64,000 nucleotides of DNA, taken from IMG/VR virus record IMGVR_UViG_3300014204_000122, positions 32,001-96,000 of that record; one strand, given 5' to 3'. The translations under genes and the position numbers were made by a program. Origin of the DNA: a virus (lineage: Duplodnaviria; Caudoviricetes). The notes below the pieces were generated by a model. That model was given only the letters and a program-made list of their open reading frames with translations. It did no database searches and was not told where the DNA came from. How positions within the stretch are numbered: the first letter of the stretch is position 1; every line of letters starts with the position of its first letter. Positions 40,089-47,580 of the stretch are shown in pieces.

Positions 40089-41726
40089 TTATTGTAAATA
40101 TAAATCAAATATATCATCTTCTGTTAATCCGTCTCCTAAATTAACAATGTTTCTTTCAATAATAGTTTTCATACCATCTCTAAAATCCGCCTGTCTTCTT
40201 TCTATGTGAAATATATAAAACATCGCAATGGTCAAACTCATTATTAAGTCATCATGTTTGCCTTCCGCATGATCTCTTCTCCCTCTTTTACTCCAAATCC
40301 ATGTATATAATTCATTTATTATCATAGGACAAGGTATAATTAGTTTTTTTGTATTTAACATTTCTTCTAACTTGTCACCTCCTAATGTTCTAGTTTTTTC
40401 GGTTTGCCAAAATCCTATTTTACGCTTTTTATCTTTTTGTGATGGATCTTCTCTTTTTAACGTAGAATAAAACAAATTTGTATATTTATATGTATCTCTT
40501 AAAGATATTAATACAGATAATCCAAATTGGTGTTCTACTATTACCAATGCGTTTCCATATTCTCTAGCTACTGTATTTATTATTTCAGCAAATTTAGCTG
40601 TTTCAAATTGATCTTTATATGTAGCAACTATTTCAAAATTATTTAAATTTATAACTACAAAAGTTGAAAAGTCAGATCCGTCTCCTGTTGCAACGTCAGA
40701 TACAAGAATATATTTACAACCTTCTTCATATTTCTTCCATTGCTTATAATTCTTCCATGGTCCACTTGTTATTTCATTTAATTGTTTATATTCTTTTGCT
40801 AATATTTCTAAATCTCTAACTATTTCTGGATTTAAAACTTCTCCACCAGAACCGGCAAAACTACAATCTAACTCACATCTAGTTTTTTTAGCTCCAAGAA
40901 CTTTACTTTCTGCATCATACCAAGGGCTTCTTATTCTACCATCTCTAATAAAATTGTAATCTTCTCTACAAGTACATTTATATTTACGTCTATTTTTTAT
41001 ATTATTCATATCAGGCCATGTGTCACCCTTCATAAATTCTATATAACCACCTTCAGATTTAGCTTTATCTTCTATCCATCTGTATTGACCTAAATTATAA
41101 ATAGGGTGTTCTGTCCAATGTGCATTGATAATATTCCAGTTGTTTTCTTCCGCATTTGTATATTGCTCAAAGTACCACCCCTGGCTTCCTTTTGGTGTTG
41201 AAATTACTATACACTTTCCTTGTGATCTAGTTAAAGTTAAACCAGCGGCAGCCCATATATCCTCCATCCACGATATGGCAGCGCAGTTACTACTTACAAC
41301 TTCACTTGTATAATAAATACTATTTTTTTCAACATCGAGTAAATCAAATAACTCTACTTCACCTACCTTTTTTCTTTTAGAAATTACTCTATCACCCGTA
41401 ATAACTTCATCATTTTTTTTAAGTAAATAAGTGTATTTAAATTCTCCGTTTTTCATTAAAAACTTATGATATGGAGAACATTTTAATAAATTTCCATTAC
41501 TAAACTTAATATGATAACAATATGGTTTAACTATTTTTTTAACTGAAGAAAAATTACTCCAACCTGTAGGAGTTAATACTTCCCAATCAGATATTTTTTT
41601 AACCTCTTTAGAAGATTGCGCATCTACATTATCAATATCAATAGTATTAAAATCTAACAATTCGTCGTTAACTTCTATAGATATATTATTATCTTTTATA
41701 TGTTGTTGTAATTCATCGTAGTTCAT
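40089..41726 (-). CDS. terL: terminase large subunit, C-terminal part, fused behind the split-intein C-fragment
   Basis: aa1-147 intein (WEVLTPTGWSNF, CSPYHKF, FDLLDV..YYTSEVVSSN), then C+1 AAI..., ISTPKG motif III, ELDCSF.GSG, DVATGDGSDFS, HDDLIMS nuclease motifs. Confidence 0.9.
   Translation of the reverse strand: MNYDELQQHIKDNNISIEVNDELLDFNTIDIDNVDAQSSKEVKKISDWEVLTPTGWSNFSSVKKIVKPYCYHIKFSNGNLLKCSPYHKFLMKNGEFKYTYLLKKNDEVITGDRVISKRKKVGEVELFDLLDVEKNSIYYTSEVVSSNCAAISWMEDIWAAAGLTLTRSQGKCIVISTPKGSQGWYFEQYTNAEENNWNIINAHWTEHPIYNLGQYRWIEDKAKSEGGYIEFMKGDTWPDMNNIKNRRKYKCTCREDYNFIRDGRIRSPWYDAESKVLGAKKTRCELDCSFAGSGGEVLNPEIVRDLEILAKEYKQLNEITSGPWKNYKQWKKYEEGCKYILVSDVATGDGSDFSTFVVINLNNFEIVATYKDQFETAKFAEIINTVAREYGNALVIVEHQFGLSVLISLRDTYKYTNLFYSTLKREDPSQKDKKRKIGFWQTEKTRTLGGDKLEEMLNTKKLIIPCPMIINELYTWIWSKRGRRDHAEGKHDDLIMSLTIAMFYIFHIERRQADFRDGMKTIIERNIVNLGDGLTEDDIFDLYLQ
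41286..41726 (-). mobile_element. split intein C-fragment (IntC, 147 aa)
   Basis: Block B CSPYH, block F FDLLDV, block G VSSN followed by extein Cys (41283-41285). Confidence 0.85.
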
Positions 41727-41867
41727 ATACTATATTATAGTTTTTTCTAAATATAATTTTTATTTAAATAAGATAGAATTTAAATTGTTTTCTACAGTAT
41801 TTTTTTTGTTTTTTAGATGATATCACTAAGATACATTATTTATATTTAAACAAGAAAAAAAATAATT

Positions 41868-42488
41868 TTATTTGTATTTTTCTAAATAAAAAAGATCTTT
41901 TAAGTCGATTGTTTTTGTTTGTTTTGTAATTTTATTTCTTACAACTACTTGATTATCAACTGATTCGTCGATACATAAGAGTGAAATTGTGTCTCCTCTA
42001 CATGCGTCAGGTTTATTTGCTTCGGCTAGTATTGTACTATCATTTTTTAATCCAAATGATTCTTTCGCATTATTATTTTCATCATAATCTGGGATAAGCC
42101 ACGGTGCTTTTTTTCTTGCCCCGTCTAAAAAATCTCTAACTCCTTTTAAAAACTTTTTAGATGTCTTTTTTTCTTGAGCTAATGCGTTAACTACTTTTTT
42201 TGATTTTGTAGCCATAAACCACGCTACATAGGCTTGAGCTACTGTAGTTAATCCTGTTTGACGAGTTTTCATAGTCATATTATAATCATATTCTTCAAAA
42301 TCTTTAATTGCAACATTTTGATAGGGATAAGGATCAAATAAAGTTTCAACTCCTGTATTTGGATCTGTAAGAGGAAAATAATTAGTTATAGTATACAAAG
42401 GGTCATTCATACACTTTATATATTCATTAGTTAAAACTGTTACTCTTTCTTTCTCTGGTAATGTGTTTAAATATTCTAAAGTTAACAT
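41868..42488 (-). CDS. terL: terminase large subunit, N-terminal ATPase part, fused to a short split-intein N-fragment
   Basis: PYPYQ (Q motif), KTRQTGLTT (Walker A), RGDTISLLCIDE (Walker B), then SVDNQVVVRNKITKQTKTIDLKDLF. Confidence 0.9.
   Translation of the reverse strand: MLTLEYLNTLPEKERVTVLTNEYIKCMNDPLYTITNYFPLTDPNTGVETLFDPYPYQNVAIKDFEEYDYNMTMKTRQTGLTTVAQAYVAWFMATKSKKVVNALAQEKKTSKKFLKGVRDFLDGARKKAPWLIPDYDENNNAKESFGLKNDSTILAEANKPDACRGDTISLLCIDESVDNQVVVRNKITKQTKTIDLKDLFYLEKYK
41871..41963 (-). mobile_element. split intein N-fragment (IntN, 31 aa, Ser1)
   Basis: Starts immediately after Walker B DE; block A-like S-V-D..V.V.NK.T...K.I.L.DLF. Confidence 0.8.
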
Positions 42489-42495
42489 ATTTTAT

Positions 42496-44457
42496 TTAAA
42501 TGTATTTGTAAATATCATCTTCAACAGAAATTCCCCATGTTTCATCAGTAATATCGTTTGATAATTCTATATTATTATATTCTTCATAGAACCATAATGA
42601 ATATATTTGATTTTTTTTATCTTGAAATATAAAACCATAATCATAAAATACCATATCGTTATATCCTTCTTTAATATAATCTAATTCTTCAATTATTTCA
42701 TAATTTTCATTTGCTTTAATAAGATTATAATTTTTTTCTATAAATTTTATTTTCTCTGTACTATTTGTGTTAATTACTGTTGAAAAAGGGTAAAGATTTC
42801 TGATTGCAGAATTAGTATTAGTAGGACCATCATAATAAACGGTTTTAGAATCTTCATCAATTTTAACATGATCTTCAATAAATTTATTTTTTATAATATA
42901 ATTTGAATATTTATTTATAAGATATTCTTCAACTTTTTCAGATACAGTTGGAATGAGAATCCAAACTATTTTTTTTTCTTCGTCAACTTTAATTATTTTT
43001 TCTAATCTTTCATCTAATTTAATAGGTTTAATATATTTTGAATATGCCATTTGGCTATTTTCCAAAATAGGTGTTTTATTAATATTTTTATTATAATAAT
43101 CTTCTAAATTTTCTTCAGATTCAAAATATTTAATTTCACTTTTAATTGGATTAAAATTAACCATTTCTCTTCCTTTAATAATTATACCATCATATCCTAG
43201 TTTTAACATTTCAACTTCAATAGTAGTATCTTTACGAAAATCTCTTTTGTCTTTATATTTTTTTGCTATATTACCCCAAAACCAAATTTCCCAATCATTT
43301 AATGTATTAAAAGTTTTAGGGTTTTTAGGAATAGCACCTAATACAAAATGAATCTTACCAAAAGGTTTAGCCATTTGATGATTAGATAAACAAGCTGTAT
43401 ATAAACCATCTCCTAACATTGCTCCACCACCGTTAGGGACTCCTTTTTCTCTCATTCCTCTAACTGTAACGTTTTTACGTTTCCATTTTAAATAATCAGA
43501 GTGAACATCTTCTAATAAATTTTCTTTTTTTAATAAAGATGTATGTTGTATAGTTTTTTCTCCATCTTTAGTAGGTTCAGAATAAACTATTTTTTCAGGA
43601 TTAACTACATATGTTTGATCTTTAAACATATCAATATATTTTTGTCCCTTTCCAGATTTTAAATAAGCTATTGTCGAATGTGGATTGTAATCAGGATAAT
43701 CAGAATGATAAGGAAAAATATCTGTTAATTTTTTATTTATTGAATTTAAAATATTTTTTTTAGAATTATGCTCTCTACATTCAAATTTTAAAACATCATA
43801 TTCTTTATTCTCAAAACATGATATATTATATAATTCTAAAGCTGGTATTTTAAATTCCAAAATACAATCAATTATATCTTTATAACTTTCTATTTCTTTT
43901 GTTTTAAATCCATATAATAATGTTGTGTGTGGTTCAGTCTCTAAACCAAAAGTAGGTTTGTCATATATATCTTCAGTATTTATTTTTTTTTGAATTTCTT
44001 TTAATTTATCAAAATTAAAAAACAACATAGCACATCCATATTCATATTTAGGCTTAGTTCTTTCTTCTAATAATACTTTTTTATTAGTAAGTTTCTCTAA
44101 CATTTCTACCATTGTTTTAACCTTTGATGGATTAAAACTTGATTTCACAGTGGTTGATACTAAATCTTTTCTAATATATCTTTGTATTTTATCATCTAGA
44201 TAATTTTTATCTTGTTTAGAAATTTTCTTTTTAATTATTCTTTCTATAATGTCAATAAGAGTTCTAGAATATGTTGAAGGTGAAATATTTCCTTTATTTA
44301 CTCCAGTTCCTAATTTAATCATCTTGTTTTGATCTTTTTCATTTAAATTCCCAATAGTATTAGCTTCTGGTATAGTTCTTTTAACGGCAGCCATTGCTAT
44401 ATTTAATATAACAAATCCTTGGTTATCATCTGAGGGAATAGGATAATTAATATTCAT
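42496..44457 (-). CDS. polyvalent protein: leader module, Acb1/T4 57B-like 2H phosphoesterase, ART-like domain, further domains
   Basis: MVEMLEKLTNKKVLLEE; GCAML, EPHTTLLYG and YNPHSTIAY (two HxT motifs); RG...GDGLY...A..FG...GYDGIIIKGREMVNFNP. Confidence 0.7.
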   Translation of the reverse strand: MNINYPIPSDDNQGFVILNIAMAAVKRTIPEANTIGNLNEKDQNKMIKLGTGVNKGNISPSTYSRTLIDIIERIIKKKISKQDKNYLDDKIQRYIRKDLVSTTVKSSFNPSKVKTMVEMLEKLTNKKVLLEERTKPKYEYGCAMLFFNFDKLKEIQKKINTEDIYDKPTFGLETEPHTTLLYGFKTKEIESYKDIIDCILEFKIPALELYNISCFENKEYDVLKFECREHNSKKNILNSINKKLTDIFPYHSDYPDYNPHSTIAYLKSGKGQKYIDMFKDQTYVVNPEKIVYSEPTKDGEKTIQHTSLLKKENLLEDVHSDYLKWKRKNVTVRGMREKGVPNGGGAMLGDGLYTACLSNHQMAKPFGKIHFVLGAIPKNPKTFNTLNDWEIWFWGNIAKKYKDKRDFRKDTTIEVEMLKLGYDGIIIKGREMVNFNPIKSEIKYFESEENLEDYYNKNINKTPILENSQMAYSKYIKPIKLDERLEKIIKVDEEKKIVWILIPTVSEKVEEYLINKYSNYIIKNKFIEDHVKIDEDSKTVYYDGPTNTNSAIRNLYPFSTVINTNSTEKIKFIEKNYNLIKANENYEIIEELDYIKEGYNDMVFYDYGFIFQDKKNQIYSLWFYEEYNNIELSNDITDETWGISVEDDIYKYI

Positions 44458-44461
44458 TGTT

Positions 44462-44899
44462 TTATTTATCTTCTAATAATACTTTTTTGTTAGTAAATTT
44501 TTCTAGTTTTTCTATTAAAACTTCTAGATTTTTATTAAAATTTTCAACATAAATATATTTTTTTACATTACTATGCTCTTCTATCTCTTTTTTCGTAAAT
44601 ATAAGCGCATTAGAAGCAATATTAAATGTTCCGCCTACTTCTCTAGGGCAATTTTCTAAACTCTTTAAATCATTATTAAACACATTAAAATCGCCTGTGA
44701 CAGAAATAAAATTAACAGGAATTTCTTTTAAACTGCAATTAGGAAGCTCTATACTGCCATTAACTCTAACTTGATAATCAGAATAATAATCTTTTAATAT
44801 ATTTAATTGTTCTAACTCTATATTTCCTTTATATAATAGTTCATTGTGGATTTTATCACTAGTTATAGTAACATTTTGATCAAAAATTTCTTTTTTCAT
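44462..44899 (-). CDS. LRR-like repeat protein with the leader module at its C-terminus
   Basis: Likely start ATG 44899 (MKKEIF); VTGDFNVFNNDLKSLENCPREVGG; ends LIEKLEKFTNKKVLLEDK. Confidence 0.6.
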   Translation of the reverse strand: MKKEIFDQNVTITSDKIHNELLYKGNIELEQLNILKDYYSDYQVRVNGSIELPNCSLKEIPVNFISVTGDFNVFNNDLKSLENCPREVGGTFNIASNALIFTKKEIEEHSNVKKYIYVENFNKNLEVLIEKLEKFTNKKVLLEDK

Positions 44900-45030
44900 T
44901 TTAAATTTGTTTTTTAAAAGTAAAGGTGGCGCTTTTAAACAGACAACCACCTTTTTAACTCATTAAGCTCATAACCATAATTAAATATTAAAAAAAATAA
45001 AAAAATTATATATTTAAAAATAAAATTAAC

Positions 45031-45690
45031 ATGAAAGAGATACAATTAGCCAAAATACTTGTAGATTATTACGAAAACAAAGGATATGAATGTTATAAAG
45101 AAGTGAGTTCATCAGGTAGTGGTGGATCTAAAAGAGCTGATTGTTATTTTATAAAAAAAGAAAATGGAGAAATAATTGATTCTTTTTCAGTTGAAACTAA
45201 AATGACACTGGGATTAAATGTTATAGAACAAGCTTATAAGTGGAAACCTCAAGCAAAACGTGTATATGTGGGAGTTCCTCGATTGAAAAGAAAACCTGTA
45301 AAAGCAAGAAAGTTTGCAATGTTTGTTTGCAATAAATTAGGCATAGGTATTATTGAAATAGCAAAAGGAGATATTAAAATTATACAAGAGGTAGAAGATA
45401 ATTTAAAATATAAAATGCCACCATTATATGAAGAACAAAAAAAATCTAAAGCAGGAAATGCAAAATCTCAATTTTTTACAAAATATAAAAAAACTATAGC
45501 TAATATAGATAAATTTATGAAAGACAAAAAAGAATATAGTTTAAAAGATTTATTAAATCAAATAGAACATCATTATTCAAATAATCTTTCAGCACATGGA
45601 TGTATAATAAAGTATATTAAAAAGGGAATTATAAAAAATTATACTACTAAAAGAGGAAATAAGTGTATAATGTTAGTTAAAATTAAATAA
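45031..45690 (+). CDS. PD-(D/E)XK nuclease-fold protein (MmcB-like)
   Basis: E..L, YKEV, RADCY, SVETK, VIEQA, VYVGVP, LGIGII. Confidence 0.65.
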   Translation: MKEIQLAKILVDYYENKGYECYKEVSSSGSGGSKRADCYFIKKENGEIIDSFSVETKMTLGLNVIEQAYKWKPQAKRVYVGVPRLKRKPVKARKFAMFVCNKLGIGIIEIAKGDIKIIQEVEDNLKYKMPPLYEEQKKSKAGNAKSQFFTKYKKTIANIDKFMKDKKEYSLKDLLNQIEHHYSNNLSAHGCIIKYIKKGIIKNYTTKRGNKCIMLVKIK

Positions 45691-45691
45691 G

Positions 45692-45773
45692 TTCCCACGA
45701 CAGGATTCAAACCCGCATTTTCAACATTCAATTACGTATACTTGATCCGTATTCAAGCTCGGTTACGTAGGAA
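45692..45773 (-). tRNA. atypical tRNA-Arg(ACG)-like RNA lacking a D-arm
   Basis: Acceptor TTCCTACG/CGTGGGAA; anticodon arm CTTGA-ATACGGA-TCAAG; T-arm GCGGG-TTTGAAT-CCTGT; only 8 nt between acceptor and anticodon stems. Confidence 0.55.
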
Positions 45774-45786
45774 TAAAAATAAAAAG

Positions 45787-45882
45787 TCTAGTGTGAGGGA
45801 TTCGAACCCTCGGATAATACTACCTGTGTACCACCGCACGCTTCCAAGACGTGCATCTTAAACCTAACTCGACCAACACTAG
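45787..45882 (-). tRNA. tRNA-Pro(UGG) with long variable arm
   Basis: CTAGTGT/ACACTAG + A73; CACGT-CTTGGAA-GCGTG; GAGGG-TTCGAAT-CCCTC; variable arm GGTGGTAC/GTATTATC. Confidence 0.8.
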
Positions 45883-45892
45883 TTATAATTAG

Positions 45893-45964
45893 TAGCCCTA
45901 GATTGATTCGAACAATCATCAAGTCATTCGTAGTGACCCATTCTATCCGTTGAACTATAGAGCC
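45893..45964 (-). tRNA. tRNA-Arg(ACG)
   Basis: GGCTCTA/TAGGGCT; GGTCA-CTACGAA-TGACT; GATTG-TTCGAAT-CAATC. Confidence 0.9.
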
Positions 45965-45973
45965 TCAAATTTG

Positions 45974-46058
45974 CTGATTAGGTACGACTCGAACGTACAA
46001 GCTCTTTACGAGCACTTGCTTCAAAGACAAGTGTGTTTACCAATTCCACCACTAATCA
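45974..46058 (-). tRNA. tRNA-Gln(UUG) with Leu-like body and long variable arm
   Basis: TGATTAG/CTAATCA + G73; CTTGT-CTTTGAA-GCAAG; variable arm GCTC-GTAAA-GAGC; GTACG-TTCGAGT-CGTAC. Confidence 0.8.
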
Positions 46059-46064
46059 ATATTG

Positions 46065-46137
46065 TATCCATAGATGGGTTTGAACCACCGACCGCCAAGG
46101 TATAAGCTTGGAACTCTGACCACTGAGTTATATGGAT
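46065..46137 (-). tRNA. tRNA-Ile(UAU)
   Basis: ATCCATA/TATGGAT + A73; CCAAG-CTTATAC-CTTGG; GGTGG-TTCAAAC-CCATC. Confidence 0.9.
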
Positions 46138-46160
46138 ATATTTCAATTAACTTAATCTAG

Positions 46161-46235
46161 TCGAGGTGGTGAGATTTGAACTCACGAACCGACGTTTCCA
46201 GGACGCCGTTGTATAACCATCTGCATAACACCTCG
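46161..46235 (-). tRNA. tRNA-Pro(UGG) with C33 and A37
   Basis: CGAGGTG/CACCTCG + A73; GGCGT-CCTGGAA-ACGTC; GTGAG-TTCAAAT-CTCAC. Confidence 0.75.
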
Positions 46236-46248
46236 TTATATTTTTTTG

Positions 46249-46319
46249 TTGTCTTACAAGGATTCGAACCTTGAATACCTGGATCAAAACCAGATGTGTT
46301 ACCATTACACTATAAGACA
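46249..46319 (-). tRNA. tRNA-Gln(UUG)
   Basis: TGTCTTA/TAAGACA; TCTGG-TTTTGAT-CCAGG; CAAGG-TTCGAAT-CCTTG. Confidence 0.92.
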
Positions 46320-46391
46320 ATATATTTTAAAATCTAATTCTATGTTTCTCTGTCTATCGATCCTTTAAATTAGTAACGGTCTCCTGTATCG

Positions 46392-46467
46392 TCTAGGTAG
46401 TGAAATTTGAATTCACGTGCTCTGCATCCCAAATGCAGCGAGATAAACCTGACTCCTCTATACCTAG
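46392..46467 (-). tRNA. tRNA-Pro(UGG)
   Basis: CTAGGTA/TACCTAG + A73; CTGCA-TTTGGGA-TGCAG; GTGAA-TTCAAAT-TTCAC. Confidence 0.88.
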
Positions 46468-46490
46468 TTATATATTTTTAAATTTTAAGC

Positions 46491-46527
46491 AAAAAAAAAT
46501 CTCAATCAAATTACTGATTGAGATTTT
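46491..46527 (-). terminator. attenuator terminator upstream of tRNA array 1
   Basis: Minus strand AAAATCTCAATCA-GTAATT-TGATTGAGATTTT ending in a U9 tract, between the leader ORF and the first tRNA. Confidence 0.85.
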
Positions 46528-46559
46528 CTATTAAAATATGAAATATTAACGTAAAACTT

Positions 46560-46649
46560 TTAAATTTTAATATTCAATTTTAAACATGACTCAATCAGGC
46601 TGCTTCTGCGCGGCTGTTGAGGTATTTGTATGTTTAAAATTGCGTTCAT
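46560..46649 (-). CDS. attenuation leader peptide 1, MNAILNIQIPQQPRRSSLIESCLKLNIKI
   Basis: 29 codons, below the track cut-off. Control run ATA CAA ATA CCT CAA CAG CCG CGC matches the downstream Ile/Gln/Pro/Arg tRNAs. Contains CTGATTGAG, complementary to the terminator 5' arm. Confidence 0.8.
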   Translation of the reverse strand: MNAILNIQIPQQPRRSSLIESCLKLNIKI

Positions 46650-46663
46650 TTTGTTTATTTTAT

Positions 46664-46762
46664 TTTTAAATATTACTTTTTTATTTATTTATTATTAATA
46701 TAAGAAATTATTTTTGTTTTATTTCTATTTTGATACCCTAAAGATATATTTTTTTATAATAC
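46664..46762 (-). promoter_or_regulatory. 99-bp promoter region, copy 1 (tRNA array 1)
   Basis: Matches 50124..50222 except at 3 positions; contains TTTCTTATATTA and AATATTTAAAA motifs on the minus strand. Confidence 0.75.
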
Positions 46763-46766
46763 AAAC

Positions 46767-47180
46767 CTAATATTTTGAATTATTTTTTAACACTATACCA
46801 TTTTTATAAACTTCATACTCATAAAAACGAGGTAATCCATATTTTAGAGCTTCTGCTAAATCTGTCCATTCTTCTTCAGAAACCATATCATCTGGATAAG
46901 AAAAATTACCTTTTAAATGAGCAGGTATAGGTCTTAAATTAACTAAAACTAATTCACCTTCACCACCTTTAACATCTATTGCTAATTCTTCTGTGCTCCA
47001 ATCTGATTTAGTATCGATAATTTCTTCAACTCTATCACGAATTTCTTTTTGTGTATAAATTTTAGGTGTTGGAGGATCAGGAAACATATCTTCTTTCAAA
47101 ATTATTTTTTTTCCTGAAATTCTTTGTAATTTTTCAGTAAGCAATTGTATCTCTAATTGTTTTTCCTTTTCTGATTTCAT
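46767..47180 (-). CDS. leader-tagged hypothetical protein
   Basis: MKSEKEKQLEIQLLTEKLQRISGKKIILKE plus a unique domain. Confidence 0.75.
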   Translation of the reverse strand: MKSEKEKQLEIQLLTEKLQRISGKKIILKEDMFPDPPTPKIYTQKEIRDRVEEIIDTKSDWSTEELAIDVKGGEGELVLVNLRPIPAHLKGNFSYPDDMVSEEEWTDLAEALKYGLPRFYEYEVYKNGIVLKNNSKY

Positions 47181-47181
47181 T

Positions 47182-47568
47182 CTATTTTTCTTCTATATCT
47201 TCAATTTCTACATCACTATTTTCAAAATCTATAGGTTCTACACTTATTTGTGGTTGAGTTTCTTCTCCCTCTAATGCTTTATCAACACTGATAATTTCAC
47301 AAGAAACTATGTTAGTGAATACTTTTAATCTTTTATCAATTGCATTTTTAAGTTCTTCTTCTGAAGGTTCAAGATTATTTGTAATTATAATTTTACCTTC
47401 AATAAGAGTAGGTTCAAACCCTTCAAATAAAACAGATACTTTAAATAAATAAGTAATATTGTTCCAATAACTATTCATTTCTGTAAAAACTACTTTCTTG
47501 CCAGATATTCTTTGAATTTTTTCTGTAAGTAATTGTATCTCTAATTGTTTTTCTTTTTCTGTTTTCAT
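47182..47568 (-). CDS. leader-tagged hypothetical protein
   Basis: MKTEKEKQLEIQLLTEKIQRISGKKVVFTE plus a unique domain. Confidence 0.75.
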   Translation of the reverse strand: MKTEKEKQLEIQLLTEKIQRISGKKVVFTEMNSYWNNITYLFKVSVLFEGFEPTLIEGKIIITNNLEPSEEELKNAIDKRLKVFTNIVSCEIISVDKALEGEETQPQISVEPIDFENSDVEIEDIEEK

Positions 47569-47580
47569 TATTGTTTATAG

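Noticed and set aside
41727-41867. Group I intron, frameshift or read-through joining the terL halves
   Set aside because: The gap is 141 nt, extremely AT-rich, has no intron core structure and contains an extra in-frame stop; intein motifs on both sides explain the split
44900-44950. Track start (GTG 44950) for ORF 44462..44950
   Set aside because: The extension runs through a hairpin; ATG 44899 with an A-rich context is the more plausible start
46491-46649. T-box or metabolite riboswitch as the control element of the tRNA arrays
   Set aside because: No T-box UGGNACC bulge, specifier stem or recognisable aptamer; an ORF with matched codons explains the leader better
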